From Amoebidium appalachense (Eukaryota > Protista > Ichthyosporea), in assembly GCA_963693365.1 (NCBI GenBank), contig CAVNZM010000014.1:4836001-4900000 (forward strand): a stretch of 64,000 nucleotides of DNA, written 5' to 3'. Of the stretch, positions 14,508 to 27,281 are shown one piece after another (within the stretch, counting starts at the first letter, position 1; every line of letters starts with the position of its first letter). The position numbers were made by a program, and so were the translations under genes. Under the pieces are notes generated by a model, which saw nothing but the letters and a program-made list of their open reading frames with translations, ran no database searches and was not told the origin of the DNA.

Positions 14508-15078
14508 AAAAAAAAAAAAAAAGGAAAAAAAAAATGTGTATAAACGTACACTGGATCTTGCATGAAATATAGAAATGGTTGCATGTGCACTCTTTTCTCT
14601 TTGTATCACATCATCATATTCTCCCGACCTACTTCAAAGTGCCGTGTATTTTCGTCTACTGCGATCGCAAAGGAACTTCCCCCCCCCCCCCCCCCCCTCC
14701 CCCCCCCCCCCCCCTTCCCCCGGGGATGTCCCCCCTCCCCCTCTCCCCCCCTCCCCTCCTCCCCCCTCCCCCCGTCACCCCCGTCCCCCCCTCTCCCGGG
14801 CCCCCTCCCCCCCCCCCCCCCCCCCTCCCCCAGGGGAGCGGCAATATTCGGTCGATTGTGAGGTAAAAGAGGCTGTACAGTGTGCTATACGTGTCAGTGC
14901 TGGATAGTGATGTACTAAATTGAACTGTTCGAAGCCACAGTTTTCACATGTACATGTGTATACAATCAAACCTTAAAAAAAAAAAGCCATATATAGTTAT
15001 AAAATCGTTCAACCGCAATATTCCACCATCTCTCCCTCCTCTCTCCCTCTCCCTCCCTTCCTGCTTCCCTCCCTATGA

Positions 15079-15382
15079 CCCAACCATATCGGCTGAGTCA
15101 ATTGCTCCGAGCAGCATTATAATACAAAAAGCAGATGCACTCTGCAAACAGCAGAATCAATAATAATTCTGCCAAAAGCAGAATAATTCCACTAAAAGCA
15201 GAGTGATTCTGCTAAAAGCAAAGTGATTCTGCTTTTGCAGAATAATTCTGCTGAAAGCAGAGTGTTTCTGCTTTTGCAGAATAACTCTGCTTTTTGCAGA
15301 ATAATTCCGCCTTTTGCAGAATAATTCCGCTTTTGCAGAATAATTCTGCTTTTTGCAAGTTGACTCTGCCGATGTGGTTGGG
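15079..15382. mobile_element. MITE-like element with ~25-bp terminal inverted repeats and internal tandem palindromic GCAGAATAATTCTGC-type units
   Basis: The left end CCCAACCATATCGGCTGAGTCAA matches the reverse complement of the right end TTGACTCTGCCGATGTGGTTGGG. About 10 internal ~20-bp palindromic units are present. Confidence 0.75.
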
Positions 15383-15536
15383 CCCTCTCCCTCCCTCCCC
15401 CTCCCCCTCCCTCCCTCCGTCCCTCCCTCCCTCTCTCTCTCTCACTCCTCCCCCCACCACCTTTTTCTCTCTGGTCTCTCTGTCTCCCTCTGTCGGCCTA
15501 ATAACTCTCTCTCTCTCTTTGTCTCTCCCACTTCCC

Positions 15537-15588
<52 letters not shown>

Positions 15589-15695
15589 GCGAGGCTTTCT
15601 CTTCCACTCTCCATCTCCTTTTCTCTTTCTATCCGCCCTCCCTCCCTCCCCTCTCTTTTCTATCTCCTCTCCTCTCTTTCAAAGCTTTCTCTCCA

Positions 15696-15726
<31 letters not shown>

Positions 15727-16827
15727 CGTCCCCCCTTTCCTCCCCCCTCCTGCCGGCGCCTCTCTCCCTTTCCTCCCCCCCTCCCTCTACTCCCTTCCCC
15801 CCCTTTCCGCTCTCGGTCTCGTTCCCTCCCCCCTCCCCCTTCCCCCTGGGCCCAACCCCGCTCTCTCTCTCTCTCTCTCCCTTCCTCCCCTCCCTTCCCT
15901 CCTTTCCACCCTCTCTCCCTCTTTCTTCCTTCCTGTTCTCCCCCCATCTCTCTCTCCAGAGGCTCTTTCGTCACTTCCTCTCCCCCCCCCCTCCCCCCTC
16001 CCCCCCCCCCTTCTCCCCCCTCCCCCCCCCCCTTCCCCCCCTCCCCCCCCTTCCCCCCCCCCCCTCCCCCCCCCCCCCCGTCCATACAGCGTAAACTTTC
16101 ACCACCTACCAAGGCTTGCTTTCTGTCATAGCACGGTGCACGTTTCTATCCACATTACGTACGGGTACAAGAGGTTTTCATTCAGAGAAACCCCCTTTAA
16201 TAAATCCGGGTTCGGAACTTCACGACATATCCTGAGCTGGGTATTACACATGTATTTGTCTGAACGTGTGTCTGTGGTACTGTAACACAAACCCGTCGTT
16301 TGGTGCCCACATGGGCCCAAAATTTATCCGTACGTACGCACGTTCAAGGGGAGCGTGTGCAACTGCAAGTGGCACGGTGCAACTTGGTGTGTGCACGTGC
16401 TTTGTGTCAGGTTGTTCTCAATGTAATTACAAATGTCTGCACTGATTTTCTGCGTCAATGAATTAGCGCAAGGGGGGTCTTTGCGGTGCGACCGCAAAGT
16501 CATTATCCGAGCCAAGCAAACAATATGTATATGCACACACACACACACACGCACACACACACATCAAGATCCACCATATATGACCGGCCAATCATATGAC
16601 CGTTAAGACCTGGCTTTACGCCCATTGCAATTTTCGCATGATGTCGGTTCAAGCATGCAAGCATTGTAGGTGAGGTGTGGTTACAGCCCAAAACGTTCTA
16701 GATCTCTTGCATATGTGCAGTGCTACTAAGTGACATTTGTGTGGACACGTAACTTTATGGTGGTTAAAAGGGGTTCTTATTTGGGGATCCGGGTCGGGTC
16801 AGGATGGAAAGCGATTTGTGCTTTGGA

Positions 16828-16905
16828 TGATCATTATGACGACATGTGCACCAAAGAGCGTTTTGGGATCATTATGACGACATGCGCACCAAAGAGCGTT
16901 TTGGG
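16828..16905. repeat. Tandem duplication of about 38 bp
   Basis: GATCATTATGACGACATG[T/C]GCACCAAAGAGCGTTTTGG occurs twice. Confidence 0.9.
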
Positions 16906-17016
16906 CTGACCCGAAGGCACCTATAAATCGGCGTAAATCAAACCCCCTTTAACAGCTAAACCGGCATTTCAATCACGCACTTTCAATGAGAGGAGGAAGC
17001 ATGGGGTGGGGAGAGG

Positions 17017-17050
<34 letters not shown>

Positions 17051-17344
17051 GTTATGGGTGGGGAAGGTGCTAAGAGGATTCCCGCATCAGCGCAACTGTG
17101 TTCAGACAATCGGTTGAATTTCCTAAAATTTCTAATTTGGCCGATCAGCAACGCCCACCCTCAAACCCGTTAAGGTGTTGCCAGCACAGCTGGCATCTTG
17201 CAATCGGCAAAGCACACCTGAATCTAGTAACTACAACCGTCATATTGGGTTTTGCAGCAACCTGCCCCCCCCCCCCCCCCCTCTCTTCTCTCCCTCCCCC
17301 CCCCCCCCCCCCCCCCCCCCCTCCCCCCTCCTCCTCCTCCTCCC

Positions 17345-17790
17345 TTGCCGAATTGCCAAGTGGGAAATGTGTTGGTACAAAGAGTGACCCCCGCTCCCCC
17401 TCCTCCCTTGCCGAATTGCCAAGTGGGAAATGTGTTGTACAAAGATCAAATCAAATTAATTGCCAGCCAAGTGTTGTACAAAGATCAAAATCAAATTAAT
17501 TGCCAAGTGGGAAATGTGTTGTACAAAGATCAAATCAAATTAATTAAGGCAAACGTTGCTCCACTGTGACAAACCAAGCCGAAAAAAGACCACTGTGACA
17601 AACCAAGCCGAAAAAAGAGAAAAGAAAATAGGATTTGAAAAAAAGTCCGAAAAACGGAAATAGGATGTGAAAAAAAGTCCGAAAAACGGAAATAGGATGT
17701 GAAAAAACAGAAATATATCAGAGACCTAAGCAAAGCCACTGCAGTACCTCGTGAGACCTACCTCGTGATCGTGAGACCTACCTCGTGATC
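17345..17790. repeat. Cluster of nested short tandem duplications downstream of the PAI-like gene
   Basis: Repeated units are TGCCAAGTGGGAAATGTGTTG, TACAAAGATCAAATCAAATTAAT, CCACTGTGACAAACCAAGCCGAAAAAA, GGAAATAGGATGTGAAAAAA and TACCTCGTGA. Confidence 0.85.
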
Positions 17791-17827
17791 ACACAAGCAC
17801 ACTGTCGCACGTGCCCCCCCCCCCCCT

Positions 17828-17858
<31 letters not shown>

Positions 17859-17897
17859 AAACACCCACACCCACACACACACGAGTCTCTCTACCAG

Positions 17898-18194
17898 TTA
17901 ATTCTCCTGATATCCGTTCCAAGGCCGGGGGACAGGGGCGGGTGTAGGGGCGGGCACACACAGATTTCTCTCAATGAGTTTGAAGGAATAGTCCATAATA
18001 TCGGCCACCGACTCGAAACTTGCGAAAGACCCCACATACCACGTGCGGTATTTTCCTTGCATATCCCAAATTTTCCATGGATATCCCTGCTGAATTTCCT
18101 GTGTGGGGGGGGAAAACGGGGGAGAACGTGTGAGCAAGGGCCTTGTTGTGGTTCACATGGTGGTGGTGGTGTGTGTGTGGGGGAGGGGGGATGT

Positions 18195-18230
<36 letters not shown>

Positions 18231-18320
18231 GGGGAGGGAGAGGAAGAGGGGTGGGTGCAGTGTTTATTTAATCCTCTGCTTCCTTTTTGATTTATAAGGG
18301 ATAAGCTCTCGTTCGCCCTA

Positions 18321-18351
<31 letters not shown>

Positions 18352-18511
18352 TTTTTTTTTAATTATTAAAATGATCCTCGTTTAGTAGGGTAAACGGATC
18401 AGACATGAACACCCGGCCCCTGGGTGATAAAAGGCTCAAAACGAGCAGCATAGGGATGAGAGGGTAGCTGTTTTTTCTTTTTCTTTTTCTTTTCTTTTTT
18501 TTTCTTCCTTT

Positions 18512-18542
<31 letters not shown>

Positions 18543-19962
18543 GGAGAGAGAGAGAGGAGGGGGGGGGGGGTTCTTCCATTTTTTGGGGGGAGGGGGGGGG
18601 GGGGGGGGGGGTGGGGAGAGAGAGAGGAGGGGGGGGGGGGGGGGGGGGGGTGATGTATGCGTTAGAGGGAACACACACAACAACGAGCAACAACAAAACG
18701 TCACAAAAGTGGAAAATCCAAAATCATACAATTTAAGCGTGCAGGCACAAAACGTCACAAAAGTGGAAAATCCAAAATCATACAATTTAAGCGTGCAGGC
18801 AGAAGACACTTGAACAGAGCCCATCATCAGGGGGGGTTCCTATGCCTCCACAAAAGCATGGTTTTCGACTTTTAACCCTCCATCGCGTGGTTCCCAACCC
18901 ATACTTTGTTTCAACAGGGGGGAAGGGGGAGGGGGGGGGGGGGGGGGGAAGGAGGGGATTTGGGGGGATTCCTAACCTGGGCGGTAAAACGGGCAAAGTA
19001 ATCGGGGCTCAGCCGATCGAGAATGGTGATGTTAGACCCCCCCAAGGCTGAAAGTTCGGCCACGAGCGTGCTGTCGACCTGCGATTCGGTGACCTGATCG
19101 CGGAAATTGAACCCCACCTGCTGGCCCGTAACGTAAATTGGGTTGGGCTCGGTCAAATTCGGGAACAAAATCCCTAATTCGTTGCGAAGATAGTACACGC
19201 CGGCGCGCGATTGGGGGGAACTCCTGAGATAGTCGACGAAATTCGTGATATATCCGGTCTGTCCGACGGGGAGGCCCTTGGCCGAAATCATGCGCGTGTA
19301 CATTTTCGACGATTTCAATCGCCCGAAAACGTCCTTTTCGTCCGATCTCGCGTCGATTATGTTCAGCGTCTGGGGGAACCGCGACGCCAAAATGACGAAA
19401 TCAAAAGTTTCGCGCATGGCGCGGGGGTTCGAAGGGTGTTTGTAGGTGATTTGAACCTGGCGGGGATTTCTTCTGATGCTTGAAATTTGGGCGTTGAGAA
19501 GAATTTGCGACTTGAAGGGTTCGGACACGCGCTGCCACAGGGTTTCAAATCCCTCCCGGAGCATGCTTACGGTGGTGTTTGGGTTGGACCTTCCGAGAAT
19601 CAGCGACTTGAAAACGGAGGGGGTCGACCAAATCAGCCCGTAGTATAGGGGGACTTCCTCCAAGAACCCGTACCCGTTTGCGCTCTGCGAGAAAGCCAGC
19701 ACTGGAATGAGTGCTTCCAGTTTGTTCTGGATTAGAAAATCCTTGAATGAGCCGTTGTTTAGCATCGCTAGCTGCTGCGGGGAGGGTTTATCCGGGAAAA
19801 GGAAATCGTCATTTCCGAAAATCTGGTTGTAGAGGACACGGTAGCGGACCATTGCGTCTATGAGGGCTGCTTGGTAGGCAACAGGGTCGGGGTTCTTTCC
19901 CGTGAGCTGGGCCCATTGGAGTACCTGTGTGTGTGTGTGTTGGGGGGTGGGAGGCCCGGATG

Positions 19963-20043
<81 letters not shown>

Positions 20044-20729
20044 TGTGTCAGCACCGTTATTTTTTTCTTTTCTTCTTTTCATTTCGGGTATATCTTCTTG
20101 GCTGTTTTCCCATTTCTTGTGTGTGTGTGTGGGGGGGGGGGGGGGGGGAATGTGTCAGCACCGTTATTTTTTTCTTGTCTTCTTTCGCGTATATCTTCTT
20201 GACTGTTTTCCTGTTTCTTGTGTGTGTGTGTGTGTGGTGGTGGTGGGGGGGGGGGGGGGGGAGGGGGGGGTTGGAGTGGGTGGGTGGAGGGGGGCTTGAA
20301 AATGCAAGCTTGTTTCTTGTAATACTTAATCAATGGTGGTGGTGGTAATGGGTGATGCGTGAAGGGGCGGGCGGGTGGTGGTGGTGGTGGTGGTGGTGGT
20401 GGGGGGGGGGGGGGGGGGGGGAGAGGGGAGGCAGATACAGGGAGAAGACCGGAGGGCGGTGCGTGGGGCCTGTTCGGGGAGGGGGGGGAGGGAGGGAGGG
20501 GGGGGGGGGGGGGGTGGAGGAACCACTGCACAAACAGAGATTCTGAACACAAGCATGTAAATTTAGCCGCACCCACCTGCCAGAGTTCGACCGGGCCGTT
20601 AGCCATACTGTTTGCACTGTCCACCACAAAGCCAAGGCCAGGCACAGGCACCATCGTGGCAAAGTGCTGCTGGATCAGCTCAACAATGCAAGGGTAGCGG
20701 CCTGTGGGGGGATTTGGGTAGTGGAAGGG

Positions 20730-20772
<43 letters not shown>

Positions 20773-21872
20773 CGAGCGAGAATGTGTGATTGTGTATGTG
20801 GTGTGTGTGGATGTGTACGTAGGGTAGAAGGGGCGGGAGGGGGGGAGTAGACTGGGGGGGGGGGATGGGGGGGGAGGGAGGGGGGGGGGGGGGAAGGGGG
20901 AGGGGGGCAGGAGAAGGGACGGAAGGGGGAGAGGGGAGATGGCAGGTGGATTTGGAGGTGAAGATGAACGGTCAGTTTGGCAAATGAGTAGGCAATGCAG
21001 TGGGCTAGCCGGAGCTACATCCAATGTACAAAGTAACACTCTGCAGGTCGTCTTATGCATGCACAGTGTGTTTGTGTCAGTGTGTTTGTGTTTCTCATGT
21101 CTGCATAGCATAAGGCATGTACTTAGGGTACAAAGCGGTGGCATACAAACGACACATTGTGAAATCTCAAGCATGCGCGCACACACATGCACACGCCTAT
21201 GCAAACAAACAAACAAGCATACACACACACATACAAACAACCACACACACACACACACACACACACAGCCTACACACACTACCCCCCCCCCCCCACACAC
21301 ACACACACACACTCACCGGCAGTGTAGCACGTGCCCATCTCATGCGCCACCCCATTCACAAAGTTTGTCTTCGAGAGACCCCCGATCCTCCCGTCCTTCT
21401 CAAACACTTTCACATTTTTGTACCCCAACTTCGTCAACAAATGTGTCGTAATTATCCCCGCAGGCCCACCTCCCACCACCGCAATTCTACTGTTTTGCGT
21501 AAAAAGCGGTTGAGCCCCCCAAGCGCACTGTTGCAGCGTGGGGAGGGGTTTTTTGCAGTGCTGCTGCGGCGGAAATTCCAAAACGCTGAGGTCGAGGGGT
21601 CCTCCGGGGGGTGGGCCGGAGGGAGCCTGTTGCTGCTGCGGGGGAGCTACAGGGGCGGAAATTACGGTTGGTGTTCCGGCGGCAGAGGGGGGTGCAGAAA
21701 CAAGTATAGGCTGCACGGCGCCAGGGTTGGGTGAAGGCGGGGTGTTTGGCGAATTTGCGGAAACGACAACAGGCCCCTGTGGTGGGTTGGAAGAGTCGAA
21801 GGGAATGAAGGTGGAAGATTGGGCGAGACACCCTGTGCTGGCTGCAGCGAGGAAAAGGCCTGCGCGTTTCAT
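17898..21872 (-). CDS. Secreted FAD-dependent oxidoreductase of the polyunsaturated fatty acid isomerase (PAI)/flavin amine oxidase family, 609 aa; exons 21872-21317, 20701-20577, 19924-18977, 18098-17898
   Basis: GT-AG splicing is phase-consistent (1830 nt). It has a signal-peptide-like start MKRAGLFLAAASTGCLA and a Pro-rich linker. The Rossmann motif SRIAVVGGGPAG...EKDGRIGG...HEMGT and the C-terminal MQGKYRTWYVGSFASFESV...YS resemble Cutibacterium acnes PAI. Confidence 0.85.
18690..18868 (-). repeat. Dispersed intronic repeat, variant B (with an internal 60-bp tandem duplication), sense to the PAI-like host
   Basis: The reverse complement ATGCTTTTGTGGAGGCATAGGAACCCCCCCTGATGATGGGCTCTGTTCAAGTGTCTTCTGCCTGCACGC is nearly identical to 32443-32510. 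Confidence 0.9.
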
Positions 21873-22124
21873 TTTTGACACATGCACATGCACTTTTCCT
21901 GTTTCTGTTTTTGTTCTGAGGTTCGTCCCTTTGCGATATGTTGCCAAGATATCGATATGAATTTATATATGCGGGCTAGGGGGCTATTTGTGTTTTTCTA
22001 AATAGTTAATCAAAGCCAGACGCGCACGCGCATGCAACATGGGTGGTGCACGAATGCAGATCTAGATGAAGAGAATGACTCAGTGTGTTGCATGTGAACA
22101 TATTTATCGGTGTTCGATCACCAA

Positions 22125-22395
22125 ATCTGCGCCAATAGGAACCGGTATTAAAAAGCTGCCTTGTGGTAGCATGATATGAAGCCATTTTATGTTTTTCAAC
22201 ACGATTCAGTTGACGATTAAAGAATTGTTAAGAATTAAAATGTTGGTTGATTGGTTATTACTTGTTATTACTTGTAATCAAGAGAATAAAACAAACAATG
22301 TGCCACGGCTTGCTTTGATTGGTGTAGCTAGATAAGCTTATTTGATTGGTAATTAGAAACCTTGTCCAAATGTATTGTCCCTTTCCGATTGGGTC
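22125..22395 (-). promoter_or_regulatory. CCAAT-box cluster upstream of the PAI-like gene
   Basis: Four GATTGG (CCAATC on the gene strand) fall within about 150 bp, plus one CCAAT on the plus strand. They lie in a repeat-free AT-rich stretch 250-520 bp upstream of the ATG. Confidence 0.4.
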
Positions 22396-23104
22396 GCCCA
22401 TCAATTCGAATAGATCTTGCTGGCAATGCCGGCATGAACGGTTCGTGGGCGCGGAAAATTATTAGGTATGGAAAATCTGTATGTGACCGCCAGGTATAAT
22501 TTTGCTACCCACAATTTAATTCGCACATTTCCTCTACAGGCTCATTAATACAGCAGAACCGGAGTCGTGCTTTTTAGGCTACTTGCTGGCTGTGATACAG
22601 GCCAACGTACATGTCAGCCTGGGACGGGCAGATCCGGCAGGCCGGGGGCCAGCGCTGGGGGCCGCGGGTGTTAGCGGGTTTCTTTTACATAGTTGAAATT
22701 TTTCAGGTGTAGGCCTACGACGTGGCCCGTAGGAAGGGAACGTCGGCTGAACTTGAGAGCTCTGGGAAGGCGATGAGCCGGTCGGATCCCTCCAGGCAAG
22801 CCTTGCTTGGCAAGTAAGGCCCCTTAAATTTGCCAACACCAACATTATTATTAGTAGGATTGCGGGGTCTGATTATTATCGGAATTCTGCATACAATCGC
22901 GGAGGGGAGACGGTGTACTACTACACGTGCACAGCTGTATACGCGTGCCTTGCCGACAGCTGCTGCAGCCTGTGCACGTGAGGAATGCATTTGCCAAGAA
23001 GTGCAGAAAGGCAAACCCTATTTTTTGTACTTGAGGTGACCTGTCGGCTGTCTGCCTGTAAATGTTCGCGAAGTGTCGACCCCTATGTCCTAACCCCAAA
23101 CCCT

Positions 23105-23135
<31 letters not shown>

Positions 23136-23278
23136 GCCCCCACCTACCGGTACCCACCCACCCACCCATCCCCTTCCCCCCCTTCACACGTGCACACACA
23201 CACAAACACACACACACACACACACACGCACACACACGAACAAACACAAACACAAACACACATGTACACACGTACACG

Positions 23279-23404
<126 letters not shown>

Positions 23405-23702
23405 GACCCTCACACACAAACCCACACAAACACAAACACATACCGGACACACACACAGACAAACACAAGCACGCAGTGCACACACGCGCGCGCGCAAGAG
23501 CACACACACACGCACGCACACACACACATACACAGTCACACAAGCACACGCACACATATCAAGATACACGCACACACACACACACTGTGGACACACACAC
23601 ACAAAAAATAAAGATACACACACGCACATACAGTACTGTGGACACACACACACACACAGAGAGAGAGAAAGATAGAGAGAGAGGGGTGGGGGAGAGAGAG
23701 AT

Positions 23703-23801
<99 letters not shown>

Positions 23802-24095
23802 AGGGAGAGGGAGAGAGAGAGAGAGGGGGAGAGGGAGAGGGAGAGACTAGGACACAGATCTAGACTCATGTGGCACACATGAACACACAAACACAAGCAC
23901 ACACACGCACACACACCCACACCTTCACCCACACATACACACAAACCAGGACCAGACACAAGACACACATACAAGCGCTAGCACCCAAGCACACACGCAC
24001 GCACGTGCGCGCGTGCGCGTGGCCATGCACGAACACGCACACGCACACGCACACGCACGCACACACGCGCGCACACACACCCACACACAAACACA

Positions 24096-24158
<63 letters not shown>

Positions 24159-24904
24159 CCACACACACATACACACACAAGCACACACGTAGACACACCC
24201 CGGTACACACACAAAAACACACACGGCTGACTCACATACACGCCACTGAAGAGGAATGATTTCAAAGCCGAGCGGTTACACCGAGTACTTGAAATCATTG
24301 ATTCAAATTAACCACTGAATGTTTCTACAGGTAACCTGGTTGGTCAGCCTACTTCATTTTGCTGAATTTTGTTTGGTGCCGGTCCCAACTCTGTCGTATT
24401 ACAACTCATTATTGTAGCTCATATTGCGACCAAAAAGGTGCATTTTTGTTTGTAATGCAGCGGCGAAAGGGGGGGGGGAGAGAGAGAGAGGGGGGGGGGG
24501 GAGGCGGGGAGGCGCGGGGGGGGGGGGGGGGGGGGGGGATATCTTGAGGCTGGCTAGCGCTGGAGGTCGTGAGGAAAGTTACTCGGTGCAATAAATTGGT
24601 GAAGAATGATAATCTTAGTCAGCGGCCAGGGGGGGGGGGGGGGGGAGGATGGGCGCGCGGGGGGCACGAGAGGGGAGGGGGGAGAAGGTGGGGGGGAGGG
24701 AGGGGTTGCTATAGGTTAAATCCTAGGGATCATGGTGGGGGGTGTCAGGGCGGGAGGGGGGGGGGGGGGGGTTATTATAGGTTAAATCCTAGGGATCATG
24801 GTGGGGGGGAAGGGGAGGTTGGGGGGGGGGGGGGGGGGGTAGGAAAACGACACAGTATGGAGATTGTGCTGAGTGAATATGGAAAACCGTAGGCATATGC
24901 ATAT

Positions 24905-25378
24905 TTAATCGGCAGTTGCAAAGCAGAAGTCCGTTTCTAGAGGGCACGTTTGGGTGTGGGCGATGCTTGCCGCCGTGACTTTATTTCTTTCTGAGTTTTT
25001 AAAGAACATTAAATTCAACATATATCCTTTTTCTTGGGTGGGTAGGGGGGGGGGGGGGGAGGGGGGGAGGGGGGGGGGGGAGGGGGGAAGGCAATAATGA
25101 TATGTATGCAGAAGTTTTCTGCTAAAAGCTGAATCATTCTGCAAAAATGTGCGAGCAAGTTTCTTCTGCTAGCGCTGCCGTGAGCCATGATCATTCTCCT
25201 TATTGCGCAACAATTTTGCCAAAAACACAATGAAATGTACTAAACTTTGAAGCAGAATTATTCTGCAGCAGAATAATTTTGCTCTTGCAATTGCAGAATA
25301 ATCCTGCCTTTGCATAATAATCACAGTTTTGCAGAATCATTCTGTTCGGATCATGTTAACTCTGCCAATATGGTGAAG
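24905..25378. mobile_element. Degenerate relative of the 15079-15382 MITE-like element
   Basis: It has GCAGAATTATTCTGC-type palindromic units at 25130-25345. The end AACTCTGCCAATATGGT resembles GACTCTGCCGATGTGGT, and ATCGGCAG sits at the left end. Confidence 0.55.
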
Positions 25379-25497
25379 TTGGGCACTTGAAGCTTCTGGG
25401 GCCGCGTCTCAAACTTGCAGCCGCAAACTTAGAATTAACGGGGCACTGGTTAGTCTGTAACCTGTGGCGCGCACATGCGCGCGCGCATGTGCGCGCG

Positions 25498-25590
<93 letters not shown>

Positions 25591-26269
25591 TACACACTTC
25601 ATTTTGCTCAATTGCAAATAGACGACTGCTAATACATGAAGGCTCTTTTGGAGAACTTCAACCAAAAAAATTAAAAATAATTTTTTCTGTGCTGCTCTTG
25701 AGCTGTTTTAGAGTTTTTCACAGGGAAATCATGCACTGCAAGACTGCAGAACCGTCACCCCTGTCACCTCATGCCAACATCGTGATGTGCTTATATGCAG
25801 TTCTCCTCAGACAGATCTTTAAAAAAAGAATGGACAGCAGATAGCAGAAACGAAACAGACAGAAAATAGGCTATACTTTACTTGCCCGTAGGTGTTTTTT
25901 TCGACTATATATACACACAAATAAATTCTACGCTAGGACAACCATAGGGGTAATACATCATCATGATAATGTGAATATCTTGCAAGCTGATCTTGGAGCC
26001 ACACAACAACTTCGACTTGTATGTACATAAAAAAGACGCTTTAAAGACGGGAAAGCTGGTAAGCAACGAAAAAACGATCATTAACGTGCAAAATAGTCGC
26101 AATAGAAAACCCTCTATGCTTGGCTTACTGTAGCAAGAGTTTGTTGTGGAACCGCTCCTGCATTGCAAGGAATGCGAAGTCGAGGTGGTGATGCACCAAC
26201 ATGACCTCCACTTTTTCATTCTCGCCCAGGAGGCGTGAATATTGGGAGGGCTTGCAACTAGTCCTGTAT

Positions 26270-26392
26270 GAGTTTATGTTCAAGTTGTAGCTCCTTATTC
26301 AGATTGTTTGAAAGAAGGATCATATTGCGGGGAGTTTATGTTCAAGTTGTAGCTCCTTATTCAGATTGTTTGAAAGAAGGATCATTGCGGGG
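26270..26392. repeat. Tandem duplication of about 62 bp
   Basis: GAGTTTATGTTCAAGTTGTAGCTCCTTATTCAGATTGTTTGAAAGAAGGATCAT occurs twice. Confidence 0.9.
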
Positions 26393-26442
26393 CGTAGCAT
26401 ACAACGTCTAGGTTTCTGCGACATCTGCTAGTGGGAGTGTGG

Positions 26443-26478
<36 letters not shown>

Positions 26479-26515
26479 CTGTGTGTGTGTGTGTGTATGT
26501 GTGTCTGTGTGTGTC

Positions 26516-26574
<59 letters not shown>

Positions 26575-26670
26575 GCGTGTGTGTGTCGCGCCTGCTTCAA
26601 GGAGATTCTATGAACCGGGGGAAAGGGGCGAGAGGCCTGCCCACCGCACTTGTTTGAGAAGGGTGGGGGT

Positions 26671-26701
<31 letters not shown>

Positions 26702-27281
26702 TAGGGGTGGGGGGGAGGGAGGTGGAGAGGGGGGGGGGGGGAGGGAGGAGGGCTAGGGTAGGGAAGCAGGTAATGATTACAGTGAACGATTATTTCAATT
26801 GTCAAGATCAGCGATTATACGGACACAAGACACAATGCTGCTCATTTATTGTTAATTTAAAACATCACTATGGTAGGCCCCATCGAGAGCCATTATGGTA
26901 GGTGCGTTGGGTGGGTCAAGTGGGGCGGCCGCTAGGGTTGGCTGTTTGTACATGAACTCTGACTAATGTTTCAAATTTTCAGCCCCTGTACACTCGAGGT
27001 CAGTCTGCAAAAGTAACTGTACAATCACATTTGTGCACATTTTTTACAGCGAGAAACAGCAATCATCATTATTAAGGATACAGACATATGTAACAAAAAG
27101 TTTTCAATCTCCAAGCCAAATGCGAAATCAAATGTTTACTCCATGGTACAGAAAGCTGTTACAAAATTTAGCGGGAAGGATGATTCAATTTCGAAAATCT
27201 ACGAGCATTACGACCTGCTCACTCACATTTTACCCATTCAATCAGAAACTAATATACAGGGGTAATGTTAAACCTTCATAT

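Noticed and set aside
22560-23045. GC-balanced, repeat-free stretch with short ORFs on both strands
   Set aside because: No recognisable domain and no consistent exon structure.
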